DNA of 64,000 bases from Blastochloris sp. (GCA_034440395.1 JAWXBW010000048.1:6542-70541); one strand, 5' to 3'; positions 9,844-19,172 are shown, numbered from the stretch's first letter. Program-made: numbers and translations. Notes: generated by a model not told the origin, from the sequence alone.

Positions 9844-10527
9844 TTAGAGCAAAGAACCGCCGGAGTGGAAGAGCAATCGTCGCCAAGCGGATTGATCATG
9901 AAAGTTGGGTTGTGGATAGGTTGACGTGGAGGATAAAACAGGCTGAGCCTCTCCTGCCGTGTAGTCATATCGACAAAAAGAGGCGAACCATGGCTCCACC
10001 GGATCCCAAGCGTGGGTTTCACAGATTAACAAAAAGGGGACACTAAGCAGAAGTTGCCAGCGGTTTTCTGCGGTTAAAATTCGAGTACTAGTTTTTAAGT
10101 ACTTTTTAGAAATGAGAGATTGATTAAAAAGGGGTTTAGAGTCTGACAAGTTTCGCATCTTATCGTAAAAGAGAGCACTTTCAAAACGAAGTTGTAGGAT
10201 TTGATTTTCTGGCGTTACGTGGAATTCGTAGTAAGCCTCTTGAGATTGAGGGCGAAGAAAGACTTCAAAAACATCTCCCAATGCCCACATTGGTTGATTC
10301 ATCTCCGTAGCGCTGTTATGTATGGATTGATCGTTGAGATCGGCGATCACATAAAAGTGGGTGTCATCATAAAAAGTCGTGACGGATCCGCCGTCAAACG
10401 CTTTACCAGAGCTATTAGAATGCAGGGGTTGAAGTTCGACGGCATGGGGTGATAAAGCTCGAGAAGCCGTCTCGTTCCTATCCCAACTAAAAGGTTTTTC
10501 CAGTCGTGCGCAAAGAATATCTGACAT
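9844..10527 (-). CDS. Hypothetical protein, CBM9/DOMON-like carbohydrate-binding fold (tentative)
   Basis: HFYVIADLND...LGDVFEVFLRP...YYEFHVTPENQILQLRF resembles family-9 carbohydrate-binding-like domains. No signal peptide seen. Confidence 0.5.
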   Translation of the reverse strand: MSDILCARLEKPFSWDRNETASRALSPHAVELQPLHSNSSGKAFDGGSVTTFYDDTHFYVIADLNDQSIHNSATEMNQPMWALGDVFEVFLRPQSQEAYYEFHVTPENQILQLRFESALFYDKMRNLSDSKPLFNQSLISKKYLKTSTRILTAENRWQLLLSVPFLLICETHAWDPVEPWFASFCRYDYTAGEAQPVLSSTSTYPQPNFHDQSAWRRLLFHSGGSLL

Positions 10528-10538
10528 AATTAAGTAGT

Positions 10539-10970
10539 TTAAACATCAATGGGAGAGTCGATTACTTCCCAGGTGTGATCCGCTAAGAGGCGGGTCTTGG
10601 CTAAGAACTTCATCTGTGACGAACTCCATTCTTCTGGCGAAATTAAGGAGAGAAATGTAGTCCCCGAGCTACGTTCATAAAGGTAATAAAGTTGATTAAT
10701 GACAGGCTCAGAACGAATTTCTGACTGATAAATACGATAGGACACCGTTGCTCTATCTTTAAGGATTTTAGCCTGTTTGGCTAAGGTTTCTACTTGTTGA
10801 TAGATCTGTTTTAATTGGGTCTCTACTTGATACTCCATGGCCTCAAGTGCTTTCCCTTTCACTTTACCCATGTCTTCTGGTCGCACAATAAAGCCGCCAC
10901 GTTGATGGGCATAGCTTAGGGCACTAAGGATCATATCGTCCGGGGCGGCATCAGGTGGGGCAACATTCAT
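10539..10970 (-). CDS. Hypothetical protein (143 aa)
   Basis: ATG ORF lying 11 nt upstream of the next gene. I can name no motif with confidence. Confidence 0.5.
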   Translation of the reverse strand: MNVAPPDAAPDDMILSALSYAHQRGGFIVRPEDMGKVKGKALEAMEYQVETQLKQIYQQVETLAKQAKILKDRATVSYRIYQSEIRSEPVINQLYYLYERSSGTTFLSLISPEEWSSSQMKFLAKTRLLADHTWEVIDSPIDV

Positions 10971-11034
10971 TTAGGTAAGGGTAATGCAATACCTGAATAA
11001 ATCAATTAAAGTGCTTGGCCTGGGATGTGTTGAC

Positions 11035-13341
11035 CTACGGAGATTCTTCTGGACCGGCACGTTCTGGTTGGGGTAGGGGAATGTTTAAAAGATAGATGGG
11101 TGACGAAGTCGCACAACGGAAAATGCGGGGCGACATTTCTAGAATCTGCGGATCCGCGATAGTGGAATGAGTCTCCAAACCTTGGGCCTGAGCTGCACTG
11201 AGGCTGATGTCTTTGACTCCGCCAATTTCTCCTGGGGCAAGAAGGTGCTTCCAGGGATCGTCACGGAAATAAACGGACGGAGCACTCTGTTTGGTCACAT
11301 CCCAAAGCAAGTTCATATCACAGCGCAAATCTTTTTGCTGAAACTTACATTGATTATCGGAAAACAAAGGCTGACCATTGGTAAGTAAAATGTTATGGAT
11401 AATGGTCGCACCAGGTTCGGGGTAATCGACTTGCTTACTAACGTCACGCTCACCTGAGAGACCGAGCAGGCTGCCACCTGGCTCTGGGGTCGCAAGTTGT
11501 TCAGCGTCGGGGCTGTTGGCAGGTGCTCCATGGACAGCGACAGACGTCGTGGCGAAAAGATTGTAGCGGTAGATATTTTGTCGCCCCCAGTGTTCAAAAA
11601 AGGAATTGGAAGCAGGGCCTAGGCACACGTTACTTTCAACGGTAATAAAGGAGCTGCCTTCGTCTAAATAAATACACCACGCTCCGTAGTTAGCCGCAGC
11701 GATGTCGTGGATGACATTTCCTTTTAAACGCGTACCAGGCTGCACGCCCAGTGTGTAGATCCCGCCCATATCGCTGAGGCCGCCGCGTTGTCCTAAGTGA
11801 TGAATGCGGTTGTAGTCTATTCGGTTTTCGCGCGAAATATTTTGATCGTAACCCCAGACCCAGCCACAGGAAATGCCGCTATACGAGAGGTCGTAGATTT
11901 CATTATGAGCGATGACATTACGGAAACTGTGCATGGATAAAACGCCGACAGCAGCGGGGAAGACGTGGCCCGCGTTATGGATGCGGCAGTGGGTGATATG
12001 ATGATGACTGTTTTGATCCGACACGGGTGCGTCGAGGTCACCGCCATCCATCATCACGCCACCAGCACCGAGGTCGCGCATTGTGCTGGCGTGGATACGG
12101 CATTGGCGAGCACCTTCCAGCAGTTGAATCGCATACGCGCCCGTGTGCTCGATCACACAATGTTCAATCACGCAGAGGCGTGCATGCTCGATACGAATGG
12201 CGGCGGAGGTGTTGGCAGCGGCTTGAGGAAAGGCAGCAAAGGGAACGTCATAAGGAGTTTCCAAACATTGTTTGCGGAAATGTTTAGACGAATCATGCAG
12301 GCGCGGGGAGCGTCCGCTCTCTTGCATGGGATCGCAACGCTGGAAAATACTCTCAGGGTGTTGTACTTCCGTATGCTGAAAGGTGATTCCGTAAAACTCG
12401 ACGCCACGCACAGGTTCTGAACCTGTGCCTTCGATCCTGATGAGTTGGCGCGCTACCGGGATCACAGCTTCTAAGGAGTCTGCCTGTTCACCTGCCCGAG
12501 GCACGTAGTAGATGAGTCCTTCTGCACGATCAGCGTAAAATTCACCAGGATTGGCTAAGCCTTCAAAAACATTCTCTAAATAATACTTAGCAAAGCGTGA
12601 GTCCCACGCATCACGCAAAGGAAAGAGAGAGCGCCGAGAAGATTTAATAAGCCTTTTCTCAGCATCGCACTCAGCAATCGGCATTCGTTCGATTACCCAA
12701 AAATGACTAACGATAGCGTCGATATCATTTACGTTACGCCAAGCGGCATTAAAATCGCCTTCTTTAAACTGGAATTGTTGATGGCTAGTAAACAGCTCAA
12801 AAGGTTGGTTCAAGTCAAGACTAGGCACGGCCTCCATCCAGCTCCAACCTTCACGAGGCCAACGCGGACGTTGCGTCCGTTGACCGTGCACGTAGAGGGA
12901 AAGAGGTGGGTGACCTTTGGTGAAAAAAGTATTAGCTTCCGCTACGAAAACGTTTAAGCCAGAAGCCAGAGTCCTCTCTTGCCAACCTGTTACTCTTCGA
13001 CCTCCTGAGATAATAGGCGTTTCATCTGCCCATGAGCGGAAAAGAATGCCGCCGTCTTCGTGAGAAAAAACTAAAGGCTTTGTCAGTAAATAATTTCCGC
13101 CATGCAGCCAGATCGTGACCGTTTGACCGAGTGCCCCTTGGCGTCTGAGTTGACGCACACGATCTAACACGATGACGAGACTTTTCAGCGGCCCGTCAAA
13201 ACGGCTTGGGTCAGGGGAAGGAAGGAACCCCGTCCAGTTATCGTTCCCGGTGTGTGGACAGACGTGGAGAGAAGAGAGTTGAGATGCTTGGACATGAGGG
13301 AGGGACATGATTTGAAATTGCTGCGTTGTCGCTCGAAGCAC
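11035..13341 (-). CDS. Right-handed parallel beta-helix repeat protein (pectate-lyase fold)
   Basis: Repeated beta-helix turns (HNEIYDLSYSGISCGW, NRIHHLGQRGGLSDMGGIYTLG, GNVIHDIAAANYGAWCIYLDEGSS, VESNVC). GTG at 13341, with an alternative ATG at 13308. Confidence 0.75.
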   Translation of the reverse strand: MLRATTQQFQIMSLPHVQASQLSSLHVCPHTGNDNWTGFLPSPDPSRFDGPLKSLVIVLDRVRQLRRQGALGQTVTIWLHGGNYLLTKPLVFSHEDGGILFRSWADETPIISGGRRVTGWQERTLASGLNVFVAEANTFFTKGHPPLSLYVHGQRTQRPRWPREGWSWMEAVPSLDLNQPFELFTSHQQFQFKEGDFNAAWRNVNDIDAIVSHFWVIERMPIAECDAEKRLIKSSRRSLFPLRDAWDSRFAKYYLENVFEGLANPGEFYADRAEGLIYYVPRAGEQADSLEAVIPVARQLIRIEGTGSEPVRGVEFYGITFQHTEVQHPESIFQRCDPMQESGRSPRLHDSSKHFRKQCLETPYDVPFAAFPQAAANTSAAIRIEHARLCVIEHCVIEHTGAYAIQLLEGARQCRIHASTMRDLGAGGVMMDGGDLDAPVSDQNSHHHITHCRIHNAGHVFPAAVGVLSMHSFRNVIAHNEIYDLSYSGISCGWVWGYDQNISRENRIDYNRIHHLGQRGGLSDMGGIYTLGVQPGTRLKGNVIHDIAAANYGAWCIYLDEGSSFITVESNVCLGPASNSFFEHWGRQNIYRYNLFATTSVAVHGAPANSPDAEQLATPEPGGSLLGLSGERDVSKQVDYPEPGATIIHNILLTNGQPLFSDNQCKFQQKDLRCDMNLLWDVTKQSAPSVYFRDDPWKHLLAPGEIGGVKDISLSAAQAQGLETHSTIADPQILEMSPRIFRCATSSPIYLLNIPLPQPERAGPEESP

Positions 13342-13372
13342 AAGATTCTTTGTTAACTTTCTTTTTATAGAA

Positions 13373-13563
13373 ATGCGCTACTTTAATCTTAGTCAATCAA
13401 CCGGCAGAGGCTCGAACTTGACTGATGCACCTACACCTATGACCTCAACGGCAACCGCATAGGAAAAAGCCTTGAGAACGGGACAGCGACCAGTTACAGT
13501 TACGACAACGCATCGAGACTAACCCAAATGAAACACATTAAGGGAGTAACGATATTAGCTTAG
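13373..13563 (+). pseudogene. Relic of a YD-repeat (Rhs/teneurin-like) gene, frameshifted and truncated
   Basis: 13426-13560 translates as CTYTYDLNGNRIGKSLENGTATSYSYDNASRLTQMKHIKGVTILA*, giving two YxYDxxG/RL YD-repeat units. Upstream, in another frame, is ...GRGSNLTDA. There is an in-frame TGA at 13423-13425 and no start codon. Confidence 0.55.
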
Positions 13564-13653
13564 CACCTAAGCCCTGTCCTTAACTCAAAAAATCAATAAA
13601 TCTCCGCTGCTTGCATTCTGACTAATCGACCTCAGTGTTTACGTATATACTTT

Positions 13654-14706
13654 ATGGCTACTCAAGAACAGATTTTAGACTATCTAAAGCAAATCAAATA
13701 TCCAGGATTTAGCCGAGACATCGTCTCCTTCGGCTTAGTCAAAGGTGTTGAGGTGAAGGGAGCGGATGTGACCTTGCACTTAGAAGTGACAACGGGGGAT
13801 GCTCGTATAGCGGAGCATCTTAAGGTGGAGATTGAGAGGGTTTTAAGTGCGGAATCCTCCATAGCATCAGTGGAGATTGATCTAAAAGTGACAGCTCCGA
13901 TTCAAGCGGCGATGGAGGCGGGGGATCTTCCTAAAAATGCTATTCCGGGCGTGAGTCACGTGGTGGCAGTGGCCAGTGGTAAGGGAGGAGTGGGTAAATC
14001 GACCGTGGCGAGCAACTTGGCGGCAGCCTTGGCTAAATTGGGGCTCAAGGTTGGTCTATGTGATTGCGATCTTTATGGCCCAAGTATAGGCATGATGTTT
14101 GGGACAACGGATCGGCCCATGGTTAATGATGAGGAACAGATTATCCCGGTTAAACGGCATGGCCTGAGTTTGATGAGTATGAGCTTTTTGGTTGAGGAAG
14201 AGGCTCCGGTGATTTTACGTGGCCCGATGGTGACACGTTACACGCAACAATTTTTACGTAACGTGGCGTGGGGGAATCTAGACGTATTAGTTTTAGACTT
14301 ACCACCTGGGACAGGTGACATTCAATTGACCATCGTCCAGACGGTGGCTTTGAGTGGAGCGGTTCTAGTGAGCACCCCGCAGGAGGTGGCGTTAATGGAT
14401 GCTCGTAAAGCAGCCGCCATGTTCCATAAGGTTAATGTGCCTATCCTGGGTTTAGTGGAAAACATGAGTTACTTTTTGTGTCCAAGTGATGGCCAGCGTT
14501 ATGACATCTTCGGGCATGGCGGTGGGGGCAAGGAGGCGGCTAAACTTAAGGTGCCTTTACTGGCAGAAGTGCCGATTGAAATAGGAGTGCGGGAGGCTGG
14601 GGATGAGGGAATGCCTGTAGTTCTAAGAAACTCTGCGAGTGCAGCGGCACAAGCTTTTATGAAAATGGCGGAAGAACTCGTCGCTCTACTCAAATTAAAG
14701 CTTTAG
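13654..14706 (+). CDS. apbC: Fe-S cluster carrier ATPase Mrp/ApbC (NBP35 family) with N-terminal DUF59-like domain
   Basis: Deviant Walker A ASGKGGVGKST, DLPPGTGD and the ENMSYF..C motif region. Confidence 0.9.
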   Translation: MATQEQILDYLKQIKYPGFSRDIVSFGLVKGVEVKGADVTLHLEVTTGDARIAEHLKVEIERVLSAESSIASVEIDLKVTAPIQAAMEAGDLPKNAIPGVSHVVAVASGKGGVGKSTVASNLAAALAKLGLKVGLCDCDLYGPSIGMMFGTTDRPMVNDEEQIIPVKRHGLSLMSMSFLVEEEAPVILRGPMVTRYTQQFLRNVAWGNLDVLVLDLPPGTGDIQLTIVQTVALSGAVLVSTPQEVALMDARKAAAMFHKVNVPILGLVENMSYFLCPSDGQRYDIFGHGGGGKEAAKLKVPLLAEVPIEIGVREAGDEGMPVVLRNSASAAAQAFMKMAEELVALLKLKL

Positions 14707-14854
14707 AATGCAGCCAATTAAAATTACTTTAGGCCTACGAAATAGATTCTAAGTTGTTGTTTTTGAGATTATTGCAGATGTTGTGGTGCAGGTAACGGTG
14801 GGTTTAAAAATTGACAGGTTCCTTAGTTGTAGTAACAGTAAAGAAATCATATCT

Positions 14855-15064
14855 ATGACGAATACGTCAACAGACCAAGAAAACTACTTTAAGAATTCCG
14901 CACTCTACCGAGAGTTTCTCGCAGAGAGGCAGGAAATCTTGAGGCATAAGTGGATTGAGAGCGAGAAGCTTGGTTATGATATCGGCTTTGAAAAGGCTTT
15001 ACTCGATTGGATTGTAAAATATCGCTCAAGCTGGAGAACGGATCGACATCCTACACCCCATTAA
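14855..15064 (+). CDS. Small conserved-looking hypothetical protein (69 aa)
   Basis: ATG at 14855. The sequence ILRHKWIESEKLGYDIGFEKALLDWIVKY looks like a conserved helical motif, but I cannot name the family. Confidence 0.45.
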   Translation: MTNTSTDQENYFKNSALYREFLAERQEILRHKWIESEKLGYDIGFEKALLDWIVKYRSSWRTDRHPTPH

Positions 15065-15092
15065 CCTTTTTAAATAGACCTTAACCTTTAAT

Positions 15093-15115
15093 AGAGTCCT
15101 GCGAGGCTCTGAAGG
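15093..15115 (+). promoter_or_regulatory. Candidate PyrR-binding RNA hairpin abutting the pyrR ribosome-binding site
   Basis: AGAGUCCUGCGAGGCUCU folds as a hairpin. Its core AGUCCUGCGAGGCU (15095-15108) matches 12 of 14 positions of the PyrR binding-loop consensus ARUCCAGAGAGGYU. GAAGG (15111-15115) lies 6 nt before the GTG start at 15122. Confidence 0.5.
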
Positions 15116-15121
15116 TAACAT

Positions 15122-15649
15122 GTGAACCATAACGTATTATTAGATTCTAAAGCCATCGAACGCGCATTAAACCGCGTCGCCCACGAAATACTGGAGTCTA
15201 TTCCAGATACATTCCCTTTAGCATTCATTGGAATCCACACGCGCGGCATTCCCCTAGCACAACGTTTGCAAACTCTTTGCGCCACATTCGAGCCGAGCCG
15301 CCCTATCTTGCCTGTGGGTAAATTGGACATTACTTTTCATCGGGACGACTTATCAAGATCCCTGCCTATGCCGAAGGAGACGGACGTTCCTTTCGATGTG
15401 AGTAAGCAAATGGTTATCCTTGTCGATGATGTTCTTTCCACAGGTCGAACGGTCAGTGCGGCACTCAATTCACTGGTGGATCTCGGTAGGCCTAGAGCCA
15501 TACGTCTAGCTGTTTTAGTGGATCGTGGCCACCGGGAGCTACCCATCCGGGCGGACTATGTGGGTAAGAATTTACCTACATCTCCTGACCAAATCGTTAA
15601 GGTTAAGTTAACGGAGATCGACGGTATAGACGAGGTAGTTTTTAAATGA
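15122..15649 (+). CDS. pyrR: Bifunctional pyrimidine operon regulator / uracil phosphoribosyltransferase PyrR
   Basis: PRPP-binding motif VILVDDVLSTGRTV, a PyrR-type N-terminus (LLDSKAIERALNRVAHEI) and position directly upstream of pyrB. Confidence 0.9.
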   Translation: MNHNVLLDSKAIERALNRVAHEILESIPDTFPLAFIGIHTRGIPLAQRLQTLCATFEPSRPILPVGKLDITFHRDDLSRSLPMPKETDVPFDVSKQMVILVDDVLSTGRTVSAALNSLVDLGRPRAIRLAVLVDRGHRELPIRADYVGKNLPTSPDQIVKVKLTEIDGIDEVVFK

Positions 15650-16608
15650 ATTGGACACGTAAGGATTTAGTCGGCATCCGCGAGCTGAGCGCAGAAGAAA
15701 TCACTTTGCTGCTGGACACCACCGCTTCTTTTAAAAGTATTTTAAATCGGCCCATTAAAAAAGTTCCGTCTTTGCGCGGAAAAACGGTGGTGAATCTATT
15801 TATCGAACCCAGCACACGGACGCGCATCTCCTTTGAGCTAGCGGCGCAAAGATTAAGCGCAGACGTCATCAGTGTTTCTAAGGAGTCTAGTAGCATTAAA
15901 AAAGGTGAAACGCTTAAAGACACTGCCTTAAATCTACAAGCTCTGAATGTGGATTTTATTATTCTACGTCACACGGCGGCGGGTTCAGCCCAGTTTCTAG
16001 CGGAACGTTTAAAATCCTCTATCATCAATGCCGGTGACGGATCCCACGAGCACCCGACGCAAGCTTTGTTAGACACCTTTACTTTGCGAGAAAAACTTGG
16101 ATCCGTAGCTGGTAAACATGTCGTGATCGTGGGTGACATTCTTTACAGTCGGGTCGCTCGTTCTAACATCTGGGCCTTGACCAAACTTGGAGCTAAAGTC
16201 ACCTTAGTCGGCCCTTCTACTCTGGTGCCTGACATGTTTAAACAGATGGGGGTGGAAGTGCGTCGGGATCTCGATGCGGTGCTCCCTGAAGCGGACGTGG
16301 TGAATCTCCTCCGCATCCAACATGAACGCCAGCAGAAAACGATGTTTCCCTCATTAGGAGAGTATGTTTCCCTCTTTGGCCTAACCGCCAGCCGCTTTAA
16401 AAAATGTAAAGAAAATGTCCTCATTATGCACCCCGGACCGATGAATCGTGGGGTAGAGATAGCAAGTGAAGTAGCCGACGGACAGAACTCCGTCGTGTTA
16501 GAGCAAGTGACCAATGGCTTAGCTGTGCGCATGGCGGTGCTGTATCTCTTAAGTGGCGGAAGCTCTGTTGAGCCTTCTCTAGCGGCTGCAGCGGGAGCTG
16601 AATTATGA
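15646..16608 (+). CDS. pyrB: Aspartate carbamoyltransferase catalytic subunit
   Basis: Motifs STRTR, HPTQALLD and HPGP, with an ATGA overlap with pyrR. Confidence 0.95.
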   Translation: MNWTRKDLVGIRELSAEEITLLLDTTASFKSILNRPIKKVPSLRGKTVVNLFIEPSTRTRISFELAAQRLSADVISVSKESSSIKKGETLKDTALNLQALNVDFIILRHTAAGSAQFLAERLKSSIINAGDGSHEHPTQALLDTFTLREKLGSVAGKHVVIVGDILYSRVARSNIWALTKLGAKVTLVGPSTLVPDMFKQMGVEVRRDLDAVLPEADVVNLLRIQHERQQKTMFPSLGEYVSLFGLTASRFKKCKENVLIMHPGPMNRGVEIASEVADGQNSVVLEQVTNGLAVRMAVLYLLSGGSSVEPSLAAAAGAEL

Positions 16609-17897
16609 AAAATGCTCTATGGATTAAAAATGCGCGTATCATTGACCCCGCTAACTCTGTTGATGCCGTCATGGATCTGCGGGTGCAGGACGGCAAAGTG
16701 GTGGAGACTTTTTCTGCTTCCACTACGCCGAATGTAATTGAAGCGAACGGTCTTGTTCTAGCACCAGGCTTAATCGACATTCATGTGCATTTACGTGAAC
16801 CTGGTCAATCGGCCAAGGAGACTATTCGCACCGGAACAGAAGCGGCAGCGGCTGGTGGGTTCACGACAGTCATCGCCATGCCTAACACCTCTCCTGTGGC
16901 AGATGGAGTTGATGTTATTGCTTGGATTCAGCAACGTGCGAGAGAAACAGCTGTCGTTAATGTCTTACCGACGGGCTGTATTTCCATGGATATGAAGGGA
17001 GAGTTATTAGCCCCGATAGGTTCTCTGGTTAAGGCCGGTATCGTGGCCATTACGGATGATGGGCAGTGTATTCAAAGTAACGAACTTATGCGACGTGCTT
17101 TGGAGTATGCTAAGATGTTTGATATTCCCGTGTTCGATCATTGTCAGGATTTTAAGCTAACCGCTGAAGGTGTGATGAATGAAGGCTATTGGTCTCATGT
17201 GCTAGGATTGAAAGGATGGCCTGCCATTGCTGAGGAGGTTATTATAGCCCGGAACGCTTTACTGGCCGAGCTCACAGGTGCGCATGTGCATTGTCAGCAC
17301 GTGACCAGTGCGGGCGGGGTGCGCATACTACGGGAAGCGAAGGAGCGCGGAGTTTCTATTAGTGGCGAGATTTGTCCGCACCATATTTGTTTAACGGATG
17401 AGATGCTACAAGGTTACGATACAAATTTTAAAATGAATCCGCCGCTGCGCACGCCACGGGATATTAAGGCTCTGTTAATTGGGGTGGCGGACGGAACGAT
17501 AGAATATTTGGCTAGTGACCATGCGCCGCACTGTAATTATGAAAAAGAGGTGGAGTTTGATGACGCGCCCTTTGGCATTCTTGGGTTAGAAACGGAATTG
17601 GGTCTTTTTTTAACCCACCTCGTGCATGCGGGTGTTATTACGTTGCCTGATATGATTGCGCGGCTCACGAGTAAACCTGCCGATTTAATCAAAAGCCGTA
17701 AGGGCCGATTAAATGTGGGGGCGGATGCTGACATTGTTTTGATTGATCCTCAGCTGAAATGGAAAGTAGATAAGAGCCTCATGCTTTCGAAATCACGAAA
17801 CACGCCCTTTGATGGGATGGAGCTTACCGGGCGTGCCGTCATGACCATCGTTGGGGGTCGTATCGTTTGGACCTTACAGAATGGCATTGTTGTTTGA
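16605..17897 (+). CDS. pyrC: Dihydroorotase
   Basis: Metal-binding DIHVHLREPG, an amidohydrolase fold and SDHAPH. Overlaps the pyrB stop. Confidence 0.9.
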   Translation: MKNALWIKNARIIDPANSVDAVMDLRVQDGKVVETFSASTTPNVIEANGLVLAPGLIDIHVHLREPGQSAKETIRTGTEAAAAGGFTTVIAMPNTSPVADGVDVIAWIQQRARETAVVNVLPTGCISMDMKGELLAPIGSLVKAGIVAITDDGQCIQSNELMRRALEYAKMFDIPVFDHCQDFKLTAEGVMNEGYWSHVLGLKGWPAIAEEVIIARNALLAELTGAHVHCQHVTSAGGVRILREAKERGVSISGEICPHHICLTDEMLQGYDTNFKMNPPLRTPRDIKALLIGVADGTIEYLASDHAPHCNYEKEVEFDDAPFGILGLETELGLFLTHLVHAGVITLPDMIARLTSKPADLIKSRKGRLNVGADADIVLIDPQLKWKVDKSLMLSKSRNTPFDGMELTGRAVMTIVGGRIVWTLQNGIVV

Positions 17898-17925
17898 TGC
17901 GATTAGGCTTTTTATGGAAGGGTAT

Positions 17926-17953
17926 TTGACAATGCCCTAAGTGTGAATAAATT
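17926..17953 (+). promoter_or_regulatory. Candidate sigma70-type promoter for the KamA-family gene
   Basis: TTGACA (17926-17931), a 16-nt spacer, then TAAATT (17948-17953), about 22 nt upstream of the TTG start. This is a sequence match only. Confidence 0.3.
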
Positions 17954-17974
17954 ATTTCTAACCAAGATAATACG

Positions 17975-19126
17975 TTGAGCAGAATTTTATTTAGTCCTTC
18001 TTATCCAGGCTATTGGCCTGAAGTCACCCCCGAACAATGGAACGATTGGAGCTGGCAGATGCGTAATCGTGTCACGAGCCTCGAAGGTCTGGAAAAGCAT
18101 CTAAAGCTCAGCCCTGAAGAACGAGCTGGCACTTTATTAACGGGCAGTAAATTAGCTACGGCCATTACGCCTCATTATTTTAACTTGATTGATCCTGAAG
18201 ATCCGAATTGTCCGATTCGACGTCAAGTGGTGCCACGTCTGGAAGAGTCTAGCTATTCCGCAGAGGAGATGTCGGATCCTTGTGGGGAAGATGGTGCTAT
18301 GCCTGTCCCGGGACTGGTGCACCGTTACCCCGACCGCGTTTTATTTCTTATCACAGATCGTTGTGCTTCTTACTGCCGTTATTGCACGCGTAGTCGTGTC
18401 GTTAGTGGGGTAGGGGAGCAGGAACTGGAGACAGATTTTGAAGAGGCCTTTCGCTATTTAGAAAAGCATGAAGAAGTTCGTGACGTTCTACTCTCCGGTG
18501 GTGACCCTTTGCTGTTTTCGGATCGTAAATTGGACGCTATATTAACTCGGCTTCGTTCTATACCGCATATTGAGTTTGTAAGAATTGGTTCGCGTGTTCC
18601 GATTTTCTTACCACAACGGATTACCCCAGAGCTTTGCGCTATGTTGCGTAAGCACCATCCTCTTTGGATCAGTATTCATACGAATCACCCCAGAGAGTTG
18701 ACGACAGAAGTAAAAGAAGCCTTAGGGAGACTTTCCGATGCGGGCATTCCCTTAGGTAACCAAGCTGTTCTTTTAAACGGTATTAATAATGATGCAGAAG
18801 TTTTGAAAGAACTTTTCCATAAGCTACTCATGTGTCGCGTTCGTCCTTATTATTTGTATCAGTGCGATTTAATCAAAGGTTCTGGCCATTTGCGCACGAC
18901 GATTCAAGAAGGTCTAGAGATCATGGATAAATTGCGCGGACACACCACAGGTTATGCCGTCCCTCAATATGTGGTGGATGGACCAGGCGGCGGTGGTAAA
19001 ATTCCCTTAAACCCTGACTATATTGTGGCGCAGACGGGGGATCGCTATGTGTTAAGAAATTACCGTGGAGACATCTACGAATATCCTAACATGGCGACAC
19101 AACCAGCTGTGGTAAATAAAGACTAA
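17975..19126 (+). CDS. KamA-family radical SAM enzyme (lysine 2,3-aminomutase-like)
   Basis: Radical SAM CxxxCxxC as CASYCRYCTRS, plus KamA-family motifs (LLSGGDPL, PYYLYQCDLIKGSGHLRT). TTG start. Confidence 0.85.
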   Translation: MSRILFSPSYPGYWPEVTPEQWNDWSWQMRNRVTSLEGLEKHLKLSPEERAGTLLTGSKLATAITPHYFNLIDPEDPNCPIRRQVVPRLEESSYSAEEMSDPCGEDGAMPVPGLVHRYPDRVLFLITDRCASYCRYCTRSRVVSGVGEQELETDFEEAFRYLEKHEEVRDVLLSGGDPLLFSDRKLDAILTRLRSIPHIEFVRIGSRVPIFLPQRITPELCAMLRKHHPLWISIHTNHPRELTTEVKEALGRLSDAGIPLGNQAVLLNGINNDAEVLKELFHKLLMCRVRPYYLYQCDLIKGSGHLRTTIQEGLEIMDKLRGHTTGYAVPQYVVDGPGGGGKIPLNPDYIVAQTGDRYVLRNYRGDIYEYPNMATQPAVVNKD

Positions 19127-19172
19127 TTTTTTTGGTTCTTTCCTGCGTTTAGTAGGACGTTAGATTATCCAC

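Noticed and set aside
13409-13417. GGCTCGAAC resembling the reverse complement of a tRNA T-loop.
   Set aside because: The flanking bases cannot form T-stem or acceptor pairings. The segment is better explained as part of the YD-repeat relic (GRGSNLTD).
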